From NCBI GenBank assembly GCA_963802505.1, contig CAWDJB010000008.1, forward strand, positions 134,112-198,111: a stretch of 64,000 nt of DNA. Reading direction: 5' to 3'. A program made the position numbers and the translations under genes. Of the stretch, positions 58,485-64,000 are shown one piece after another. The number at the start of each line of letters is the position of its first letter. Positions within the stretch are counted from its first letter, which is position 1. Below the pieces are notes generated by a model. The model was not told the origin of the DNA, ran no database searches, and was given only the letters and a program-made list of their open reading frames with translations. The stretch comes from an uncultured Acidimicrobiales bacterium (lineage in GTDB: Bacteria; Actinomycetota; Acidimicrobiia; Acidimicrobiales; DATKAS01).

Positions 58485-58534
58485 GGCGGCGCAGTGCGCC
58501 GTCGGGGTGCGCGAAGCGGACGACGGCGACGCAG
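58485..58534 (+). repeat. Intergenic repeat, copy B (see 40124-40216)
   Basis: GGCGGCGCAGTGCGCCGTCGGGGTGCGCGAAGC followed by GGACGACGGCGACGCAG. It lies 10 nt after the helD stop and abuts the 3' end of the DtxR-family gene. Confidence 0.65.
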
Positions 58535-58535
58535 A

Positions 58536-59186
58536 CTACGCGGTGACGAGGATGCGATCGCTCGCGAAGGCACCGACGCCGACCGAGTGACCCTCGATCT
58601 CGACGGTCACCGTGCCGTCGGGCGACGCGGCGGTGATCGTGCCGATGCGCCCGGGAGTGATCGCGCTCTCCTCGAGGAAGTCGAGCAGCCCGGGCGTGAA
58701 CTCGAGCTCCTCGGGGATGCGGCTCACCGTGAACGAAGCGCCGACCGACAGCGCCGACAGCGGGTGAGCGTCGGGCGCCGCGTAGCTCGAACCGGGGATC
58801 GGGTTGCCGTGAGGACAGGTCGTCGGCGCACCGAGCACGCGGTTGATCGCGCTCTCGACCGATTCGGAGATCACGTGCTCCCATTTGCCGGCCTCGTGGT
58901 GCGCATCGGCCCATGACAGCTGCAGGATGTCGGTGAGGAAGCGCTCCGCGAGCCGATGTCGCCGCACGACTTGTTCCGCGAGCGCACGGCCCTGCTTCGT
59001 GAGGCGGATCTTGCCGTCGATGTCGACGAGCCCTTCGTGCTCGAGCCGCTTGATCATCTCGGACACCGCGGGACGCGAGATCCCCATGCGCTCGGCGATG
59101 CGCGCCTGAATGACCTCGACGTCATCCTCCGCGAGCTCGTAGATCGTCTCGCAGTACTCCTCGAACGCCGGGTGCCACTCGGTCAT
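58536..59186 (-). CDS. DtxR/IdeR/MntR-family metal-dependent transcriptional repressor with C-terminal SH3/FeoA-like domain
   Basis: 216 aa. EEYCETIYEL...ARIAERMGISRPAVSEMIKRLEHEGLV...RRHRLAERFL...AHHEAGKWEHV... Metal specificity cannot be assigned from sequence alone. Confidence 0.88.
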   Translation of the reverse strand: MTEWHPAFEEYCETIYELAEDDVEVIQARIAERMGISRPAVSEMIKRLEHEGLVDIDGKIRLTKQGRALAEQVVRRHRLAERFLTDILQLSWADAHHEAGKWEHVISESVESAINRVLGAPTTCPHGNPIPGSSYAAPDAHPLSALSVGASFTVSRIPEELEFTPGLLDFLEESAITPGRIGTITAASPDGTVTVEIEGHSVGVGAFASDRILVTA

Positions 59187-59210
59187 GGTCGGGAGTCTAC
59201 GACTGCCGGG

Positions 59211-60182
59211 TCAGATGAGTCCGTGGTCTTCGAGCCAGGTCTTCGCGGCCTGGTCGGGCTGCTCGCCGGCGAGCGAAACCGTGTAGTTCAGTGCGCGCAG
59301 CTCGCGGGTCGTCATCGCCGCCGACACCTTGTTGAGCGCCTCGGCCAGCTGGGGGTACTGGTCGAGGACATCTTGACGGACGACAGGAGTGACGTTGTCC
59401 GCCGGATACATCCCTTTGTCGTCATCGAGCAGGACCAGTGTGAACGGCGAGATGCTCGCATCCGTGGTGAACACGAGGGCGGCGCCGACCTCGCCACGCA
59501 GGAGTGAAGAAGCCGTCTGAACCCCAGGCTCGAGGGGGACGAAACTCTTGAACGTGATGCCGTACGTCGTCTCCAGCCCGGGGATGCACAACGGCCGCTG
59601 TGGGCACTCCGCAGGACCGCCCAGGGTCAGCGTGGGGGCGATCGCGGCGAAGTCGCTCATCGTGCGCACTTGCGAGCTCGTCGCAGTGTCGAGGGTGACG
59701 GCGATCGCGTTGCGGTTCACCGCGTCCGCCGAGTCGAGGACCGCGACTCCCTTGTCCTTCATGAGGTCGGCGAGCTCGTCGTGGGTCTTGTCGGCGTCGG
59801 AGGTCGCCTCACCACCCAGCGCGACCACCGCAGTGCCCGAGTATTCGGGGACGACGCCCAGCTCGCCATCGAAGAGCATCGGGTACACGACCTCGCGAGG
59901 GCCCACGTTCGGCATGACCTCGGAAGGAACGCCCGCCGCGGTCGCGGCCTGCGCGTAGATGTTCGCCAAGACGGTGCTCTCGGTGAAGTTGAAGGCTCCG
60001 AAGACGACCTTGCCGCTCGACTCGCCGCCAGTGGCGAGAGTCGATGCTGCTCCTCGTGTCGAGTCGGCGGGAGCGGTCGAGCCCGATGAGCCGGAGTCAT
60101 CGCCCGTGCACGCCGACGCGCACAACGCGATCGCCAGCGTGATCGCCGTGAGCCACGGCCCCCTGACCCTCACGCGGCCCAC
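59211..60182 (-). CDS. Glycine betaine/osmoprotectant-type ABC substrate-binding lipoprotein (OpuAC family), orphan
   Basis: 323 aa with a lipobox (ALCASAC). FGAFNFTESTVLANIYA...VVPEYSGT... is typical of the OpuAC fold. There are no adjacent permease or ATPase genes. Confidence 0.8.
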   Translation of the reverse strand: MGRVRVRGPWLTAITLAIALCASACTGDDSGSSGSTAPADSTRGAASTLATGGESSGKVVFGAFNFTESTVLANIYAQAATAAGVPSEVMPNVGPREVVYPMLFDGELGVVPEYSGTAVVALGGEATSDADKTHDELADLMKDKGVAVLDSADAVNRNAIAVTLDTATSSQVRTMSDFAAIAPTLTLGGPAECPQRPLCIPGLETTYGITFKSFVPLEPGVQTASSLLRGEVGAALVFTTDASISPFTLVLLDDDKGMYPADNVTPVVRQDVLDQYPQLAEALNKVSAAMTTRELRALNYTVSLAGEQPDQAAKTWLEDHGLI

Positions 60183-60226
60183 GGTAGGTGCTCGCCGCGC
60201 CTCGTGGGGTGGCTACGGTTGGGTTC

Positions 60227-62176
60227 ATGTCGAACCGGCGGCGGTGCTGGGTCGGAGTCGGGCTGGTCGCAGCCATCGCCGCGGCGAGTGCAGTCGCCGT
60301 CGGAGGATCGACCGCCGGCGCTGCCCAGCCGGGGTGGACGGTGCTCGTCTACGTCGCCGCCGACAACAACCTCGAGCCGTTCGCGATCCCGAACCTCATG
60401 CAGATGGCGAGTGTGGGTAGTGGACCAGGTCTCGACATCGAGGCGTTCATCGATCGGTCACCGGGGTACTCCGACGAGCCGGTCGCGAATCTGGGGAATT
60501 GGTCTGGTGCGAAGGTCGTGCAGGTCCAGAAGGGTTCATTCGCGGAGGAGGAGAACCTCGGCAACGTCGACAGCGGCGACCCCGCGACGCTCTCGAACTT
60601 CATCTCCACTGCGGCGAAGCGGCATCCCTCCGACAAGCTCGCGCTCATCATCTGGGACCATGGTTCGGGATGGTTCGGCGCGGGGCTCGACGAGCAGACG
60701 AACCACATGATCGACCTCGCGGGCTTGGAGAGTGCGATGCAGGCGGGGCTTGCCGGAGCCGGAAAGCCGAAGTTCGAGATGCTTGGCTTCGACGCGTGCC
60801 TCATGGGCAACACGGAGGTGCTCGGCACCCTCGCTCCGCTCGCGAACTGGATCACGGCCTCCGCGGAGCTCGAGCCGGGGCACGGATGGGACTACTCGGC
60901 GCTGGCATCGGTCGCGGGTGGTGGCGGCTCCGGCGCTGACCTCGGCAAGGCGATCGCCGACTCCTATCAGCGTTACGCCACGGCCTCGAACACGAACAGC
61001 ATGATCTCCCTCGCAGTGGTGAATGCCGCGGCTGTTCCCGCGTTCGTAGACGCAGTCAACGCCGCTGGCAACAAGCTCACAGGCGCGGGTGCATCGGTCG
61101 CGCCGACCGTTGCCGGTGCCCGCGCTGCGGTCCTCAGCTACGGCCGCAACCCCGATCCGAAGCTCGACTTCCAACTGGTGGACGCCGGCCTGTTGGCCGC
61201 GTCGTTGAATGATCCTGCACAGCTTGCTCCGGTCCTCGCCGCCGTGAACGCCGCGGTCGCGTACAAGGTCGTCGGCCCGGGTCTGTCCGGCGGCACGGGA
61301 GTGTCGCTCTACTTCCCGCCGGATTCGAGTACGTACCGGACGTCCTACGGCAACCTCGCCGTCACCACGGGGTGGAACAAGTTCCTCAACTCGTACTACG
61401 CGAACGGCGCCGCCGCCGGAGGCGCAAGCCGAGCGTTCTTCGGCACCGAGGGCACGACGCAGACGACCGCCGACTCCGAGCTCACCGAGCAAGGCGTGTT
61501 CCTCACCGTGCCCTTCCGAGTGGACGACCCGAGCACACTCACGGGTGTGCGCATCCGCTATGGCGTCCAGGGAGACGACGGCGCGCCTGTGCTGACCGGC
61601 GAGGACACGGGCGCGTTCACCCAGTTGTCCGAAGGAGTCGCGGGCGGAGCCTGGGATCTCAGCGAGCTCGTCGTCAGCGATGGCGCCGTCAGCATGCCCG
61701 TCTACAGGAAGGTGGTCGTCGATCCGGTCGCGAACCAGCTCACCTTCACCGCGCCGTTCGCGTACTACCCGGACAAGGACGACCAGTCGCAGGTGACGAC
61801 AGTCATGGGCAATGTGACTGTCGACCTCGAGTCCGGGAAGGCGCAACGCGCGTACTTCGAGATCAAGCAGGATCCGACCGAGATCGTCAGCGATGGCAAC
61901 GGCGCCGAGCTCGCGACATCGGGAGTCGTCCTCAACCCGGACGGTGCGCTCGTGCCGCTCGTGGCGCGGATCGATCCTGCCGGTGCGCTCCAGTTCGTGA
62001 AGATCACCGACACGTCATTGATGCCGGCCGGGGGAGGCATCTTGAAGGCCGACCCGAGCGCGTTGACCTTTCGGATCCGCCCTGTGACCAGCGGCACGCC
62101 GATCTATGCGGACCTCGCCATCGCGCAGCTCGGCGGATTCCTGTCGACCGCGTCGATGACGGACCGAGTGCCGTAG
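60227..62176 (+). CDS. Secreted clostripain-like cysteine peptidase (C11 family) with a large C-terminal extension
   Basis: The ATG at 60227 precedes a signal peptide. WTVLVYVAADNNLE, the catalytic His block LIIWDHGSGW and the Cys block LGFDACLMG are present. Confidence 0.8.
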   Translation: MSNRRRCWVGVGLVAAIAAASAVAVGGSTAGAAQPGWTVLVYVAADNNLEPFAIPNLMQMASVGSGPGLDIEAFIDRSPGYSDEPVANLGNWSGAKVVQVQKGSFAEEENLGNVDSGDPATLSNFISTAAKRHPSDKLALIIWDHGSGWFGAGLDEQTNHMIDLAGLESAMQAGLAGAGKPKFEMLGFDACLMGNTEVLGTLAPLANWITASAELEPGHGWDYSALASVAGGGGSGADLGKAIADSYQRYATASNTNSMISLAVVNAAAVPAFVDAVNAAGNKLTGAGASVAPTVAGARAAVLSYGRNPDPKLDFQLVDAGLLAASLNDPAQLAPVLAAVNAAVAYKVVGPGLSGGTGVSLYFPPDSSTYRTSYGNLAVTTGWNKFLNSYYANGAAAGGASRAFFGTEGTTQTTADSELTEQGVFLTVPFRVDDPSTLTGVRIRYGVQGDDGAPVLTGEDTGAFTQLSEGVAGGAWDLSELVVSDGAVSMPVYRKVVVDPVANQLTFTAPFAYYPDKDDQSQVTTVMGNVTVDLESGKAQRAYFEIKQDPTEIVSDGNGAELATSGVVLNPDGALVPLVARIDPAGALQFVKITDTSLMPAGGGILKADPSALTFRIRPVTSGTPIYADLAIAQLGGFLSTASMTDRVP

Positions 62177-62186
62177 CCTCGACTGG

Positions 62187-64000
62187 GTGACCCTGGCGAG
62201 CTTTTCGCCCGCGGTGCGGGCGTGGTTCGAGTCCTCGTTCGCGGAGCCGACCCCTGCTCAGGCGCAGGGTTGGGGGCCGATCTCGAACGGCGAGCACACG
62301 CTGATCCTCGCCCCGACGGGCTCGGGCAAGACCCTCGCGGCCTTCCTCTGGGGCATCGATCGCCTGGTGACCTCACCGGTGCCGGAGCGGGCGGGCCGCA
62401 CGCGGCTCCTCTACATCTCCCCGTTGCGGGCCCTCGCGTTCGACGTCGAGAAGAACCTTCGCGCGCCCCTCGCGGGCATCCGGCTCGCGGCCGAGCGGCT
62501 CGAAGTGCCGTTCACCGAGCCGGTCGTCGGCATGCGCACGGGTGACACGAGCAGCCGGGACCGCAGCGCGCTCATCCGCCATCCCCCTGACCTCCTCATC
62601 ACCACGCCCGAGTCGCTGTTCTTGATGCTCACGTCGTCCGCGCGCGACACGCTCCGCGGGGTCGAGGCCGTGATCGTGGACGAGATCCACGCGCTCGCGC
62701 CGACCAAGCGGGGCGCGCACCTCGCGCTGTCGCTCGAGCGGCTCGAGGAGATCACCGAGCGACCGTTCCAGCGCATCGGGCTGTCCGCGACGCAGCGACC
62801 GCTCGACGAGATCGCTCGCTTCCTCGGCGGAAGCACCGCACAGGGGCCGCGGCCCGTGACGATCGTCGATGCGGGCATCCGCAAGCCGCTCGACGTCGAG
62901 GTCGTCGTCCCCGTCGAAGACATGGGCGCACTCGGCGAGGTGATCGAGGAGCCGATGAGCGGCCCCGCAGCCGCCGGCCCGCTGCGTCGCAGCATCTGGC
63001 CCGCGATGCATCCGCGCCTGCTGCAGCTCATCCTCGAGCACCGCACGACGATCGTGTTCTGCAACGCCCGTCGGTCGGCCGAGCGACTCGCGGCGCGCCT
63101 CAACGAGCTCGCGCTCCAAGAGGGCGTGATCGAGGAGGGTGGCGAGGATCTCGTCAAGGCGCATCACGGCTCTCTCGCGCGAGAGCAGCGCGTCATCGTC
63201 GAAGACCAGCTCAAATCCGGTGCGCTCAGAGCCATCGTCGCGACGAGCAGTCTCGAGCTCGGCATCGACATGGGCACCGTCGACCTCGTGATCCAGGTCG
63301 AGTCGCCCGGCGCGGTGTCGCGCGGGCTGCAGCGCATCGGGCGTGCGGGTCATCAGGTGGGCGAGCCAAGCCGCGGCAAGGTGTTCCCGAAGCACCGCGG
63401 CGATCTCCTCGAGGCCGCCGTGGTCGTCGATCGGATGCGGCGGGGCCTCATCGAGGAGACGAGGTACCTGCGCAACCCACTCGACGTGCTCGCGCAGCAG
63501 ATCGTCGCCCACTGCGCGATGGCTGACAGCACGGTCGACGGGGTCGCGGCGCTCGTGCGGCGCGCGGCGCCGTTCGCCGAGCTCTCCGACGAGGTGCTCG
63601 TGTCGGTGCTCGAGCTGCTCTCGGGCCGCTACCCCTCCGAGGAGTTCCGCGAGCTGCGGCCGCGCCTGGTTTGGGATCGCGTCGACGGCGTGCTGCGCGC
63701 GCGTGACGGCGCGCGGCGGCTCGCCGTGACCAACGGCGGCACGATCCCCGATCGCGGGCTCTTCGGGGTCTTCCTGCCCGACGGCAAGCGTGTCGGTGAG
63801 CTCGACGAGGAGATGGTGTACGAGAGCCGCTCCGGCGAGGTGTTCGTCCTGGGCGCGTCGTCGTGGCGGATCGAGGACATCACGTTCGAGCGCGTCGTCG
63901 TCACGCCGGCGCCGGGGCAACCGGGGAAGATGCCGTTCTGGCACGGTGATCGGCCGGGGCGGCCCCTCGAGCTCGGGCAGGCGCTTGGCGCCTTCGTGCG
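62187..64000 (+). CDS. lhr: ATP-dependent helicase Lhr (3'-partial, runs off window end)
   Basis: This ORF is not in the track because no stop is reached. The GTG at 62187 gives VTLASFSPAVRAWFESSFAEPTPAQAQGW...LILAPTGSGKTLAAF (motif I), VIVDEIHAL (DEIH) and ...GKMPFWHGDRPGRPLELG, as in Lhr. Confidence 0.9.
   Translation, partial: MTLASFSPAVRAWFESSFAEPTPAQAQGWGPISNGEHTLILAPTGSGKTLAAFLWGIDRLVTSPVPERAGRTRLLYISPLRALAFDVEKNLRAPLAGIRLAAERLEVPFTEPVVGMRTGDTSSRDRSALIRHPPDLLITTPESLFLMLTSSARDTLRGVEAVIVDEIHALAPTKRGAHLALSLERLEEITERPFQRIGLSATQRPLDEIARFLGGSTAQGPRPVTIVDAGIRKPLDVEVVVPVEDMGALGEVIEEPMSGPAAAGPLRRSIWPAMHPRLLQLILEHRTTIVFCNARRSAERLAARLNELALQEGVIEEGGEDLVKAHHGSLAREQRVIVEDQLKSGALRAIVATSSLELGIDMGTVDLVIQVESPGAVSRGLQRIGRAGHQVGEPSRGKVFPKHRGDLLEAAVVVDRMRRGLIEETRYLRNPLDVLAQQIVAHCAMADSTVDGVAALVRRAAPFAELSDEVLVSVLELLSGRYPSEEFRELRPRLVWDRVDGVLRARDGARRLAVTNGGTIPDRGLFGVFLPDGKRVGELDEEMVYESRSGEVFVLGASSWRIEDITFERVVVTPAPGQPGKMPFWHGDRPGRPLELGQALGAFV

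Noticed and set aside
59187-60226. IdeR/DtxR iron-box operator near the repressor gene and the neighbouring SBP promoter
   Set aside because: I found no convincing match to the TTAGGTTAGGCTAACCTAA-type palindrome by eye, only a weak GGTAGGTGCTCGCC fragment. No site is reported.

Overview
Very GC-rich sequence with a strong GC3 bias and densely packed genes. Gene content points to Actinomycetota: gpgS, PAC2, HemQ/ChdC, nitrobindin, HelD, Lhr, Lnt, a sortase and a CIRCE-controlled groEL. Finer taxonomy cannot be set from this window. I support about 63 protein-coding genes. I found no rRNA, tRNA, CRISPR array, transposase, integrase or prophage signature. Note that the ORF track prints GTG and TTG starts as M and always takes the longest ORF. 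Many starts were therefore trimmed using homology and stop/start overlaps.

Gene order from left to right:
- Pentose-phosphate and sugar genes: tal, pgi, rpiA, zwf, an aldolase-like gene and glycerate kinase.
- gpgS, then an AbiEi/DUF559-like gene and a MoaD-like gene.
- groEL with its CIRCE operator.
- A five-gene module: nitrobindin, GNAT, lipoprotein, atypical FtsH, HemQ.
- A liv-type ABC operon with two binding proteins.
- AlaX, then a frameshifted LarE-like gene.
- Redox and NUDIX genes and PAC2.
- A thioredoxin-fold gene interrupted by a single in-frame TGA.
- Miscellaneous housekeeping genes.
- An epimerase, GT4, methyltransferase and prenyltransferase-like operon.
- dtd.
- A patatin, hemE, hemY, sortase, lnt operon.
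- A P450 translationally coupled to a CoxMSL-type molybdenum hydroxylase.
- HelD, a DtxR-family repressor, a C11 peptidase and a 3'-truncated lhr.

The main second-look items are:
1. A probable selenoprotein with a W-A-S-W-U-G-C motif and a SECIS-like hairpin.
2. The heme-linked atypical FtsH module.
3. Two tandem 49-nt hairpin repeats upstream of gpgS. They share a rare CACTTGTA motif with a second locus.
4. An intergenic element of about 33 nt present at two convergent gene ends.
5. The P450 to CoxMSL coupling.

Nothing here resembles a known defence or mobile system, and all functional links proposed are inferences.
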